Source of the DNA: Phoronis australis
Taxonomy: Eukaryota; Animalia; Phoronida
Assembly: GCA_002633005.1 (NCBI GenBank)
Contig: NMRA01000744.1
Coordinates: forward strand, 92,048-156,047
Reading direction: 5' to 3'
DNA length: 64,000 bases
Shown: piece after piece, positions 51,801 through 60,243 of the stretch
Layout of the letters: every line of letters begins with the position of its first letter
Position numbering within the stretch: position 1 is the first letter of the stretch
The notes under the pieces: model-generated
Databases searched by the model: none
What the model was told of the DNA's origin: nothing
The model's input: only the letters and a program-made list of their open reading frames with translations
Program-made: the position numbers and the translations under genes

Positions 51801-52415
51801 GGCTCATTTCACCACATTAAGTTACTGTTTCTTGATTAAAAACTTATTGATTTCTTTAACTTCAGTTTATCTAGGCCATGTTTACTAGGTTAGGCAGAGA
51901 CCGAAACAAAAATTCAGGTATCACCTGCTCCACAATTTTGAGAATCGGTGAAAAGATAAACCAAAAACAACAACTGTGAGACAATTGGCACTGGTCGGAT
52001 TTAGCAGTCCCTGATTTAGAGAACCAGTTCATCCACTAAATAACTGGCCTGATATTCAGTGATTGCCTGGTTCTCTAAATCAGGGTCCAGCTACTGAGCT
52101 GTATCCGACCAGTGCCAGACAATTTTACTTACTAGTGTTTTCAATGTTTACCAAATTATCTGGGGAGCGACTCCAATTTGAAATGCCTCGGAAGGTGGGT
52201 GGGGGCACTGAATTTCAGTCTCGTGCACTCATACCAACCTTCTCTGCTTCTTTGCACGAGCATTATCACGAGGTTGAAACTGAAAGGATTTTAGTTCAAA
52301 ACTCGGTACGCTGCAATTTACGGAAGTAAACAAGTGACTTACCATAACACGTAATTGACTCGATTTGCAAAGGTAGTTTTTGAAGCAAAGGAACTGCTTC
52401 GTATGCGTCATGCAT
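21751..52415 (-). CDS. VPS39: VPS39 / Vam6-like HOPS complex subunit, complete 23-exon coding gene (888 aa)
   Basis: Joined exons read MHDAYEAVPLLQKLPLQIESITCY...IIDTTLLKCYL...IFTEDLPEVEGLPRDRV...CRVCRKRIGTSAFARYPNGVIVHYVCC...*. This is colinear with human VPS39 (CNH domain, CHCR region, C-terminal Cys/His motif). All 22 introns are GT-AG with matching phases; total 2667 nt. Confidence 0.97.
21995..22186. repeat. Two diverged tandem copies of a ~96-bp unit
   Basis: GACCATGG...GTAAAAGGCCCTCATCTT.GTGTGTGAA repeated with a period of about 96. Confidence 0.75.
22851..22942 (-). CDS. VPS39: VPS39 coding exon 22
   Basis: VQEQRMFYQRTKFMINSEKMCRVCRKRIGT(S); 92 nt, AG/GT boundaries. Confidence 0.95.
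23064..23300 (+). mobile_element. tRNA-derived SINE, near full length
   Basis: 5' head with A-box-like GTGGCCTAGTG and a degenerate B-box; body shared with 30894-31059; AT-rich tail. Confidence 0.6.
24710..24844 (-). CDS. VPS39: VPS39 coding exon 21
   Basis: VLAILPTCIGISDVLSFLETVLEDREKTKRNAQILKSLRYSENLT; 135 nt. Confidence 0.95.
25063..25209 (-). CDS. VPS39: VPS39 coding exon 20
   Basis: VYLSLLKMYLQPP...KMDTSK; 147 nt. Confidence 0.95.
26048..26093 (-). CDS. VPS39: VPS39 coding exon 19
   Basis: (E)HCKVSYERDGESSRD; 46 nt; CAG acceptor and GTAAGT donor. Confidence 0.92.
27550..27652 (-). CDS. VPS39: VPS39 coding exon 18
   Basis: (G)FFEERALLLGRLGRHEDALAIYIHTLHDYEMAE; 103 nt. Confidence 0.95.
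28061..28366. repeat. Minisatellite, 7 copies of a 43-44-bp unit, in VPS39 intron 17
   Basis: Unit CAACTCAGCCAGGTGATTGGC(CGG/TGT/TC)AAAAGAGTGGAATGTTCAAA, head-to-tail with no spacers. Confidence 0.95.
28985..29231 (-). CDS. VPS39: VPS39 coding exon 17
   Basis: DHIICTWQDETPAFHNRLINLYREK...AGTEPGELGEVRRKL...YFPFD; 247 nt. Confidence 0.95.
29718..29861 (-). CDS. VPS39: VPS39 coding exon 16
   Basis: IFTEDLPEVEGLPRDRVVSYLDRISKEIDQENVTDHSKASKELVLMYL; 144 nt. Confidence 0.94.
30682..30755 (-). CDS. VPS39: VPS39 coding exon 15
   Basis: (G)SEHLDLIFQFASWVLKANPEDGMR; 74 nt. Confidence 0.95.
30894..31059 (+). mobile_element. 5'-truncated copy of the SINE at 23064-23300
   Basis: Shared blocks CTGGGGCACA, TCTCTAGCTCCTTAG and GATCAGTGCAATGGGC. 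Confidence 0.6.
31217..31483. mobile_element. MITE family A, copy 2
   Basis: Termini CCTGTTTCATGAA / CACGTGAAACAGA; internal homology to the other copies. Confidence 0.65.
32513..32800. mobile_element. MITE family A, copy 3
   Basis: GGGGTATGATTCATGAA...GACTTAAGTCAGAAATTTGGTCTTAC / GTAAGACCAAATTTTCGTCTTAAGT...CATGAAACAGACCCC. Confidence 0.72.
33747..33833 (-). CDS. VPS39: VPS39 coding exon 14
   Basis: (A)LDLLLRLSQMQSSPMKGTERTVIYLQHL; 87 nt. Confidence 0.95.
34988..35129 (-). CDS. VPS39: VPS39 coding exon 13
   Basis: TNDALVASLLRLKDNQCHVEES...LFEKKGLHKR; 142 nt. Confidence 0.95.
36586..36720 (-). CDS. VPS39: VPS39 coding exon 12
   Basis: KRNDLLKDM...TIKSKNQLHMIIDTTLLKCYLQ; 135 nt. Confidence 0.95.
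37562..37704 (-). CDS. VPS39: VPS39 coding exon 11
   Basis: (D)PAQVIGLYSGLLPTEFRDKLIYPDKPPELEGVELEKGLLALLEYLTQ; 143 nt. Confidence 0.95.
38052..38181 (-). CDS. VPS39: VPS39 coding exon 10
   Basis: KITDEPESEKEARLHTIQNLYAFELFQQYRFEESLQLFAKLGT; 130 nt. Confidence 0.95.
38253..39101 (-). mobile_element. Non-autonomous Helentron-type element (HINE/DINE-1-like), copy 1
   Basis: Minus strand starts TTTTTATGCACCCAC and ends GTGGACGCAT...CTCTTGTT. Has subterminal inverted repeats, a short GACA/GACG microsatellite near 39030 and internal ~145-bp repeats; homologous to 42734-44365 and 46271-47054. Confidence 0.75.
39706..39826 (-). CDS. VPS39: VPS39 coding exon 9
   Basis: SGHVYVASTNHVWRLLPIPITTQIRQLLQSKEFELALLLA; 121 nt. 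Confidence 0.95.
40362..40479 (-). CDS. VPS39: VPS39 coding exon 8
   Basis: (E)HQPPYLIAVLPKYIEVRTIEPRTLIQSLELPKPQIMCQ(G); 118 nt. Confidence 0.95.
41153..41333 (-). CDS. VPS39: VPS39 coding exon 7
   Basis: VGDGTSKDLFPTGRQLEPLV...HALIWSDIPVCI; 181 nt. Confidence 0.95.
41866..41958 (-). CDS. VPS39: VPS39 coding exon 6
   Basis: TDLSVPDLPRSMAWCKDSLCIGFKREYFLIK; 93 nt. Confidence 0.95.
42734..44365 (-). mobile_element. Non-autonomous Helentron-type element (HINE/DINE-1-like), copy 2, with expanded internal tandem array
   Basis: Subterminal IRs ATGCGCCCAC (42758-42767) and GTGGGCGCAT (44351-44360); 38-bp perfect palindrome at 44323-44360; terminal stem-loop CAACGC-GGA-GCGTTG (42741-42755); about 11 internal subunits. 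Confidence 0.8.
44662..44760 (-). CDS. VPS39: VPS39 coding exon 5
   Basis: TDTDGVTSLRLCVAVKRKLQLFAWRNKEFIEMK; 99 nt. Confidence 0.95.
45470..45607 (-). CDS. VPS39: VPS39 coding exon 4
   Basis: LEAIPELDILVSLSDNVISVHDLKTITLITTLHKTKGATLFATDVQ; 138 nt. Confidence 0.95.
45639..45840. repeat. Two adjacent inverted repeats with perfect 28-bp arms
   Basis: Arms 45639-45666 / 45671-45698 (4-nt loop) and 45731-45758 / 45813-45840. Confidence 0.9.
46271..47054 (-). mobile_element. Non-autonomous Helentron-type element (HINE/DINE-1-like), copy 3
   Basis: Same termini (AACAAATGCAACGC...GTGGGAGCATAAAAA on +), a CGGA/GACG microsatellite near 46971-47007 and the same internal subunits. Confidence 0.75.
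47608..47816. mobile_element. Inverted pair of tRNA-derived SINE-like fragments forming a ~209-bp hairpin
   Basis: Outer arms are a perfect 33-bp IR (GTCTGGTCTGCACGCCACCTGTTGGCCACATCA and its reverse complement) and pairing continues inward imperfectly. B-box GGTTCGAGTCC near 47726 has a degenerate mirror copy in the other arm. Confidence 0.75.
47928..47995 (-). CDS. VPS39: VPS39 coding exon 3
   Basis: (G)DTKVDVSLERSHKSFSKRPVLQ; 68 nt. Confidence 0.94.
48871..48939 (-). CDS. VPS39: VPS39 coding exon 2
   Basis: (D)DALLVGTKPGHLLYYTVKPVGR; 69 nt. Confidence 0.94.
49315..50078. mobile_element. Element bounded by ~120-bp imperfect inverted repeats (MITE or inverted pair of one repeat)
   Basis: 49315-49433 aligns to the reverse complement of 49959-50078 (CGCACCTTCAAAA..CTAACCAGCCCGAAAA..GACCTTTAAAA..GGGATCAGACAGGA). 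Confidence 0.7.
51380..51714 (+). mobile_element. 5'-truncated L1/Tx1-like LINE 3' end with poly(A) and a 15-bp target-site duplication
   Basis: TSD AAAATTCGGCGAATG at 51365-51379 and 51715-51729; AATAAA at 51698 followed by an A-tail. Peptide FLFNILLLLAKQYIYKERC...F..KW resembles the extreme C-terminus of L1/Tx1-clade ORF2. Confidence 0.8.
51986..52117. mobile_element. Short palindromic MITE-like hairpin
   Basis: TGGCACTGGTCGGAT / ATCCGACCAGTGCCA (15 bp perfect) plus inner CCCTGATTTAGAGAACCAG / CTGGTTCTCTAAATCAGGG (19 bp perfect). Confidence 0.75.
52343..52415 (-). CDS. VPS39: VPS39 coding exon 1
   Basis: MHDAYEAVPLLQKLPLQIESITCY (human MHDAFEPVPILEKLPLQIDCLAAW); 73 nt; G|GTAAGT donor. Confidence 0.96.
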
Positions 52416-53165
52416 TGTGTATCTCACAACATCTCACGTTAAACTTAATTTCACTTGAAATCTTTAATAACTGAATCAGCCACAAATAATCAGTTCTCTC
52501 CCACAACTCTATCATATGATGATCAATGTTGCGATTTTCATCTTAGGAGAGCTTTCATGTTTCACAGAGACCTCTAGCGGCAGGTAGAGTCTAGGAGCAC
52601 AGCCGGGGTCTGATTCAAAATTTATTTCTTGGGCATTTACCGTAAAATCCATGGGTTTATAGGCATTTCATGAGAATATTCGATAGTGCACCATAACTTT
52701 TGAGGAGAGAAAATGAAGTACGAAATTCAAAATGTAGAAAGATAAAAGTGGACGCCCACCTGGTCCCGGCGAGAGTTGAGCATTAAACAGGTGCTTTCAG
52801 TTTGAAAGACAGGTGTTGATTTAGACAAATTGGTCTCATTTATCTTTCCATTTGAAAGTGATCTTTGTGGTCGGGAAGAGCTAACTCCAAAATTGGATGT
52901 TTAAGTATTTATACATGTTGCAATTTGAATGTGAAGGTCAAAATGAAGATAATTCAAAAAAAATATTATACATTCGGCTATTACAGGACAAAAATTTAAA
53001 TTTATGTTTGGAAGCATCGCCACCAAGGAAAAATCTCCATAAAAGACAAGTCAATTTTGACTAGAAAAACATTTTCACCAGTATTTCACAGGACAGGGAA
53101 TTTGTATTCATGTGGCGAAAGAAAATACACTGATACGATATGATATCAAAAATTTCAATTTCAGC

Positions 53166-53197
53166 GTGTGTGTGCGTGTGTGTGTGTGTGTGCGTGC
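53166..53197. repeat. (GT)n microsatellite
   Basis: Directly visible GT run with GC interruptions. Confidence 0.85.
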
Positions 53198-53345
53198 CTG
53201 AGCTAAAGAGAAGTGCGGAAAGTGCGTTTGACCGTGTGTCGTGACTAATTTTTGTCTCAGTCCGCTTGTAAGAACATAAAATGTAGCTGGTAGTTTGGAT
53301 ACCTAGTATAGGTGGCTACTTCAATCAACTCTAGAGTTCAATCTG

Positions 53346-53622
53346 GGTTAGGTGATGGTTAGGCCTGTTGTATTTTTATATTCAAAAAGTAAAATTCCCA
53401 TTTTGAAAAAGCATCTATAGCTTGATGTGAAAGTCATTACCATAAAAGATCATTACTTTGCGATGAAATTAAAACCATCTCTTATCTCCATATAATGCTA
53501 GTTGGGAGGTTAGGTGACGGTTATTTGAATTAGAATTTTTTTGTCTTTTTATTCATGAAATAAATTTCCCATTTTGAAAAACTCATGTACAGCTTGGTAC
53601 GAAAGTCAATGTCACAAAAGAT
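53346..53622. repeat. Two diverged ~165-bp tandem units
   Basis: GGTTAGGTGA.GGTT...TTCCCATTTTGAAAAA...AGCTTG...GAAAGTCA..CA.AAAAGAT occurs twice. Confidence 0.6.
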
Positions 53623-54763
53623 TTAGTGTTGACGAACGAAGTAAAATTCGGATGTGCGTTTGCCGAGCGTACGCGGTCCAACGGTTAATGACAGGTGATG
53701 AAAATTTTTGGAGACACAGTGAATTCAGCTTACGTAAAAATGGCGCCTTTTTACGTCATCTAAGCATTAGGGGAATTTTCGACCGTTATAATTTATGGCG
53801 AAGGGAACAAGGAAAACAAGCGACGACGTCATGATGACGTTTTGTCACGGTTTCGTGCTGTGTGAGTGAAGGCTCCTCTCAGTCTAAAACCGTGACGTGA
53901 ACGAGGAGGAGTCTGCGTCGTAAGAGATACACGGTGCTAGTATAGTAAAGTATGCATTAAATGTATACAACTGTCTATATTTTAAACAAAGACAAAAAAT
54001 ATAATACGTTAATTTTCAGATTATCAAGCAGGTCAAGGGCCATGATTACCAAAGACAGTCAATAAAAGTAACTATGGTCGCTGGAGTGTAGTTTCAAGTG
54101 TGTGAAAAATGTATATAAGTACAGGATTTCTGGTGAATTCGTTAAATTAGTCATAGAGTATCTGAAGTTTCCACGAGACAAAGTTCGACAAAGCGTCCGT
54201 CATCATCCATTTAGCGGAAATTTACATTACTTGGTTTTTGAAATGTCGTTATCTTAACACGAGATAGCTCACTTGCATGGCAAAATTCGGCATTGCAACA
54301 GCCAGTGACCCTCTTAGTTACGCTGGCCACCTTCGGGGGGTAAGACATAAAAGTTATGACAAGAATGAGGAGGTGGTAATTTGAGTAATGGATGGTTATA
54401 TATTTTGATGCTTAAAAATTACTACATTGATGCGAAGTAGTAAAACAACAATCATCTGGGTAAAATCAGCCTCAGTACGATACCGTCACATTCATTTTCG
54501 AGTGAATGCTCCTCCCTAAAAACGTTGATCAACTTAGCCCCAAACTGGCCGAGACGAGAGCCAGCATCTCGATGGAAAAGTCCTTGCGGGAAGTAAGTAG
54601 TGCAAAGCATATGTTAGATTTCCAGTTAAATGTTGGAAGAAAGCAAAATTAATAGTATTATTTATACTTAAGGTTATCAAAAAGTCACATGGTAACTATG
54701 AACAGCAATCACAATCGCTGGAGTATTTTACGAAATTGAATCTAAAGTACAGGATACATAGAA

Positions 54764-54810
<47 letters not shown>

Positions 54811-54817
54811 TGTGCGT
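54764..54817. repeat. (GCGT)n microsatellite
   Basis: About 12 tandem GCGT units. Confidence 0.95.
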
Positions 54818-55461
54818 GTGGTGTGTGATATAGCATGGACTTGCATAAAATGTGTAGTAAATTGATCATCAAATTCTTTTTCCTTAGTGTATCTGAAGCT
54901 AATGTCACTAGCGGGAGTCAAAGTTTGATAAAGTTTCTATTTGAATAGAAATTGGTCACAATAACGCCAGGAATTCTCGTGGAATTCTCGCGGCGGCCAT
55001 GCAATGCAACGGCGTTTGAAACTAGGCTGCAACTTGTAAACGAGCTTTTTTAATCTGAGTAATCTGACAATGATTATGTAACTGTGAATTAACCGTTTCT
55101 GACAGCAAGGCGTGTGTTTATTGCTCTTTAGGAAACAATGAAGGGCAAAACGAAAGTTATTTGAAATCCCCGTTATCGTGAAATTGATGTATACAATTTG
55201 CAAGTGCCGTGTCCAACACATTTCCTTGTATTAGGAACGTGTTAAAAAAGTCTCGACAGAGAAACTGCTATCGAAAATCTTCAGACCTGCCACCAGCTGA
55301 TGCGTGATGTCATCGGGTTGAATGGTTTGGTCCTCTTTTGTATTCTCGTTTTGTTTACGTCTTTCGGTACCCGTTAACATTGTTAATTGGAGACTGTTGA
55401 TAGATACTGTATCGATTCAATGAATCCACAGGTGCGGATTTTAAGATCGTTAGAAGCTAGT

Positions 55462-55622
55462 CAGCTGGGGCGGATACAGGATTTTGAGTTGGGGGGGGCA
55501 GGGCAGAGTATTAGTCAGGATTTTGCCCGTCAGACATTGGCACCCCCGTACTGCTAAATGGACTTTATGAGAATTTTAGGGAGGGCCATGGCCCCTTGCC
55601 CCCTCCCCCAAATCCGCCACTG
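55462..55622. mobile_element. Small MITE with GGCGGAT/ATCCGCC termini
   Basis: CAGCTGGGGCGGAT...ATCCGCCACTG with G-rich and C-rich subtermini; a similar left end starts at 63971. Confidence 0.55.
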
Positions 55623-56732
55623 GCCAACGACCTGTTTTGAAAGGCGCAGAAACATTATTTTGAAAATGAGGGTGCGTACTGTGTTGAGAGAAGAACTTTG
55701 CGGCTGACGTAAATGTGGCAGATTTCATGTTGATACACTGCAACTACTTTTTTAGAACGTTGGCGTCGACTGTTGACGAAACGGACAAAACAGGCCCAGA
55801 GTATAGATCAAAAATATTATACGGCTATGTCACGCTGAGTGGACGAAAAACCTAGCATGCCGCAGCATCAAACGCCCTGCCGCTGAGCTAACGTAAATTT
55901 CACCCGTTCAGTAAAAGAGAGTTTTAAGCCAATTCAAGTGGTCAAATCACCGGCCTTCAAGTTGATTTCAGCAAATGTCACGGTCTAGCAGACACTGGCG
56001 ATAATTTTCGAGATGTTATGGAATCACAAAATTCAACAGATTTTGTTTTATAGCTCTGATCAAAGCTAAGAACTTCAAAAAGTTTATCCCGTCCAAAAAT
56101 ACCTCAAACATATTTTTTCGACCTTAGAAAGATAATGTACCTATAAGTTACCAAAAAAGTCGGGGTTCACGAAATCTATGGATAGTGGTTGGAATCGCTG
56201 GAATGCTGCATGCAAGAGGTGTACCTCCACCATAATATGCAATCAATTGAAATTTGATTTCTTCAATGCTCAATTCATATTTTCGTCGACAATTCGTATT
56301 TAATGTTAGTATTGAAAGCCTAAGATCCATAAAGTGTATCATGTCATCCGATCTATTCGTGTACTTCGCATGATCGTTTAGAACACTCGTCACTAAACAC
56401 GAGCTCATTGACAACATTTGGCCTTGCATCAGCCATTGACCCCCTTAGTGCACTGATCAAATGAGTGCGGGTAACCTTAGGCATAAAGAAAGAGATAATG
56501 CTTTGTACAATGTTGTTGGCTACATGCTTTGATACTTGGAAGTTGTTACTTTTTTGAGAAAACCATTACACTTAAAATGTAAAGCTATCAGTATTTTCTC
56601 TTCCTGGTATTTTCCATATCAGATGGATTTCTTAAGACCACGCATAGGACAAATCTACCACCAATAGAAAAAAAATGTGTTGTGTGAGGTCAAAAAGTCC
56701 ATTTGGTTCAGATCGAAACTTTTTATTTAACA

Positions 56733-56969
56733 AGATACAAATGTACAGTACGAAACAAAGAGTAATATATGTATGAGCGTATATACAAGCAAGAATACAA
56801 TAATGACTGCTATATTATATATGTACATATTTTTTCATTTAAATGTGAGAATGAGAAATGAGATACAAATATACAATATGAAACAAAGAATGATATATGA
56901 AAGAGCGTATACACAAACAATAATACAAAAATGACAATTAAACATGTACATATTTCTTTTCATTTAAAT
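56733..56969. repeat. Two diverged tandem copies of a ~128-bp AT-rich unit
   Basis: AGATACAAAT.TACA.TA.GAAACAAAGA...GAGCGTATA...ATGTACATATTT..TTTCATTTAAATG occurs twice. Confidence 0.75.
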
Positions 56970-57826
56970 GGCGTACTCTGTACATTCTCATTTGTTTACC
57001 GACCAAGGTATAAACCGCTAGCGGCTGGTTACCAGTGATAATTATTACAAGATCAATGTACAGAAAAAAAATATTTAGACTACTGACGTACACAATCCCA
57101 AACGGAAAGCATTGGAGATGGCCAAGGCCGACACAGAATCTCTGAACATTCGAACATCTATAACAATTAATGAAATGGCAATTTTCACCACAGTTGTTTT
57201 ATAGTATATTTTTAAAGTAGAAAGAAAAAACATAACATGGAATTAGTTATTGTTTTATTCAAAATGCATTTTTAAAATTTGCAGTGGTTCAAAAGATATG
57301 GCAGTGGTAATACAGGTCCATTTGGTTTTGATGTTTTTTCGTTGGTGACATAGTATATGATGGTCGATAGTTTCTATTATTAGTAATGCAGCCGATTCCA
57401 CGGTAACTACAATATCAAATATTGTTGTTATATAACTATTTTCAGGAGATGGTACAAGTTCAGTGCTAAGTTGCCGTTGTTGTTTTTCTCTGTTATCTCT
57501 TTTCAAGCTCAGATAGACTATATCTGAGTTTCAAGTAATAAATCGTTACATTTAAAAGTGTTTCTTTTACTGGAGAAAACTTGCAACCTAACGGCGCAAG
57601 TACATACATATAGGATGTGATCCGCCACGTGAACAGTCTGAGAGAAGTATTTAGAAAATCTGCGGAAAAATGAAAGAAACTTATGGGATGAATACAAAAC
57701 GTACATCGATTGACGTACATAAAGTAATATCCCACTCGACATTATTCCTTCGGTCTCGATCGATACGCTGAATAATGTCTCGTGGGATATTACTTCATGT
57801 ACGCCACTCTTGGTACGTTTTGTGTA

Positions 57827-59045
57827 TATATTGATGTCCCAAAAAAGTGAGCTATTTTTGCACAAGTTATTTGTTAGAAACTGATGAACGATTTTTTTTT
57901 CAAATTTCTTACAGATGAACCTTAAGATATCACCAACAAATGTACAAAATATCAAAGAGATCTGTGTCCAATTTGTGCGAGCACTGTCGAATATAAAAAC
58001 ATCAGGTCAAAAAATAAAATATCAAAAGGGAAGCTCGCTTATTTCAGTCTATGCTCAATGTGGCATCCATCTTCCTCCACAACTAAACAGAGTCGTTTCT
58101 TCCAACCAGAAATGCTTTTCCGTATTTCTTCCATCCAGATTTCTTTTAACTCCTGCTTAGTCAATTTGCCTCTCATTTCCCGGTAAACTCTTCAGAGGGT
58201 CCCGTATGGCATAGTCCAGTGGATTGCATTCATGACTGAACGGAGACCGCTCACCCTTTTTGACGAATTTGGGTGTGGCCTCCTCCCGATGAGCCTGGGT
58301 TATCTTGCTCGTGTGTGAAGGAGTCCCATTTAGCTGAAACACTAATTGTTACCATGATACAATCGTCCACAATCTGGGAGATTTTCATCTTATAACTGCA
58401 TGTAGCGTTGACTTTTAACTTTGGCTCTATCACTGTCGATAAAATGAATATTTGTTTTTCCTTCCCAAGACACTTCAGCGGAAATCTCATGATAGCGTCG
58501 AGAAGGCTGAATTTCTCGTTTTTCTTTCCCATAAACACAACAGTTTTGGCGATTTTTATCAATTTCTAGCGTAAAGTCTTTTCAACAGTGAAAATGATTC
58601 TTTTCACATCAGTGCCTGAATAGCCGTCATGCAATTAGCGGCATCGGGTTTTTCTTTCCCTACTAACATTTTGATCTCTCCGTAATACCCACATTCTTTT
58701 GAAGGGTTTTAACTCGAGTTTTTTTCGCAATTCTTTGCACAGAAGATTTGCTCACTTGTAAATCCCTTGCGACTTCTCTCAGAGAGTTATGATTCCCCGG
58801 GTTGTCCTCCTGGGATTGACAGATGCCAGCACAGCATGAACACGATGAAAGTCACAGTGATTTTTAACCCCGTTGTTTTGAATTTCGCAGTACTTTCACA
58901 ATTTTTTATATTTCTCTGAGATACTTTGTAGACTTGTTGATGACACCCTGAAGATACATTGTAACAATTTGAACGAATTCGGTTGGTCAACTACTGAAAA
59001 AATTTGTGTCAAAAAGTGGCTCACTTTTTGGGGACACCGATTGTA
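57827..59045 (-). mobile_element. Decayed Tc1/mariner-superfamily DNA transposon with ~135-bp imperfect TIRs
   Basis: TA-bounded termini ..GATGTCCCAAAAAAGTGAGC / GCTCACTTTTTGGGGACACCGATTGTA, with inverted similarity extending about 135 bp; contains a transposase relic. Confidence 0.85.
58039..58820 (-). pseudogene. Frameshifted Tc1/mariner transposase remnant
   Basis: Pieces across frames: SQEDNPGNHNSLREVARDLQVSKSSVQRIAK (HTH), FQLNGTPSHTSKITQ (cf. FQQDGAPxH), SHECNPLDYAI (cf. SPDLNPLDY), and KKRLCLVVEEDGCHIEHRLK* at the C-terminus. Confidence 0.85.
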
Positions 59046-59981
59046 AGATGTGAGTGAGAACATAGCGTCTGAGTTTAGACAATAGGCCTAGGCCTACTTA
59101 AGAAATTTTGTTTGCGGTTTCCGAAATGTGGACATTCCATAAGAGATTATTGTCAATGAGTATTCCTAGTGTTGTGCTGCACGTAAGTCAGAGATGTTAT
59201 TTTTTTAATATTTGGGACTGGTTTATTATTTATTCAGTTCTGTCTAAAGTGAAAGCATGCATTTTGCTTTTGAGACGTTTACAGAGAGCAGCGTAACATG
59301 CTAGTTTATATATAATACAAAGGAAGTGCTGCGCCGCAAAAGGTTGCCTATCCACAACTTCTAGCTGAGCGCGCATATTCTGAGCCTTATATTTGGATGT
59401 TGTGGAGACAAATATTTCAATGTTTGGCCTTCTGAAATTTGCGCACATTTTTTTGAAAGAGCGTAGCTCAATAGAAGAATTGACATAAACCATGCCTAAA
59501 GTTTCCTTTTGATGACCTAATTAGGCAAATGCATGTGGGTTGCTAAGCACGTCCCTCACTTGGTCTCTCCCTCCAACACTTCATATAGCACTACCATGAC
59601 CACCTATTCTGTTTTAGTTTACTCCACTGGCAGCCTCTAATGAAAGGGAGTGGCGACTCTACCTATAGGAGCTAAAACAATTCCTTAAAATGCGGAGCAC
59701 CTCCACCTTCGTCACATCTTTTACCCCACCATATATGTCCCCCTCCCCATACACCACCCCGGGCCCACCCACAACCACTCCATTACCACCAAAACCCCAC
59801 AACCACATTTGACATCCTCCTAGTTCACTGCACTTCTCCTTGCCGTTACTATCATAAAGCAGAGCAAGTCCAAAGTTGAAGTCATTGATGAGATGTAAAT
59901 GCTTGAATTCTTTATTGCACGCTTTTCAAAAGTTGACTGAAGTTTGTTAACGCAGTGATTTCTCTTTTTTTACGTTCTTAG

Positions 59982-60119
59982 AGGCGGACATCTCAGGAAA
60001 GTACGATGCGGTACTTCTTCATGCGGGGACGAATGACATAGCAAAGAGACACCACCTGATGATGCGACCATCTAGCATGAACCTACATTTGTATCGTCTC
60101 TTCTTTCCCGTTTGGATAA
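59982..60119 (+). pseudogene. Exon-like relic of an SGNH/GDSL esterase domain
   Basis: Pyrimidine tract + TTAG acceptor, then ADISGKYDAVLLHAGTNDI (block III GxND); after a frame change, TFVSSLLSRLD; GTAAGT donor at 60120. Confidence 0.55.
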
Positions 60120-60243
60120 GTAAGTAGTTGAATTTAGTAAGTGGTGCTCCGAGAAATACATATATTTTGTCATCTCTATTACCAAATTGTCTTTGATGAA
60201 ATATCCCAATACCACAATGATGTTTCTGTCAGTGAGAATGAGT

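Noticed and set aside
57518-57955. Longest ORF in the track (145 aa)
   Set aside because: Starts inside the mariner TIR and runs into flanking DNA; no recognisable domain or splice context.
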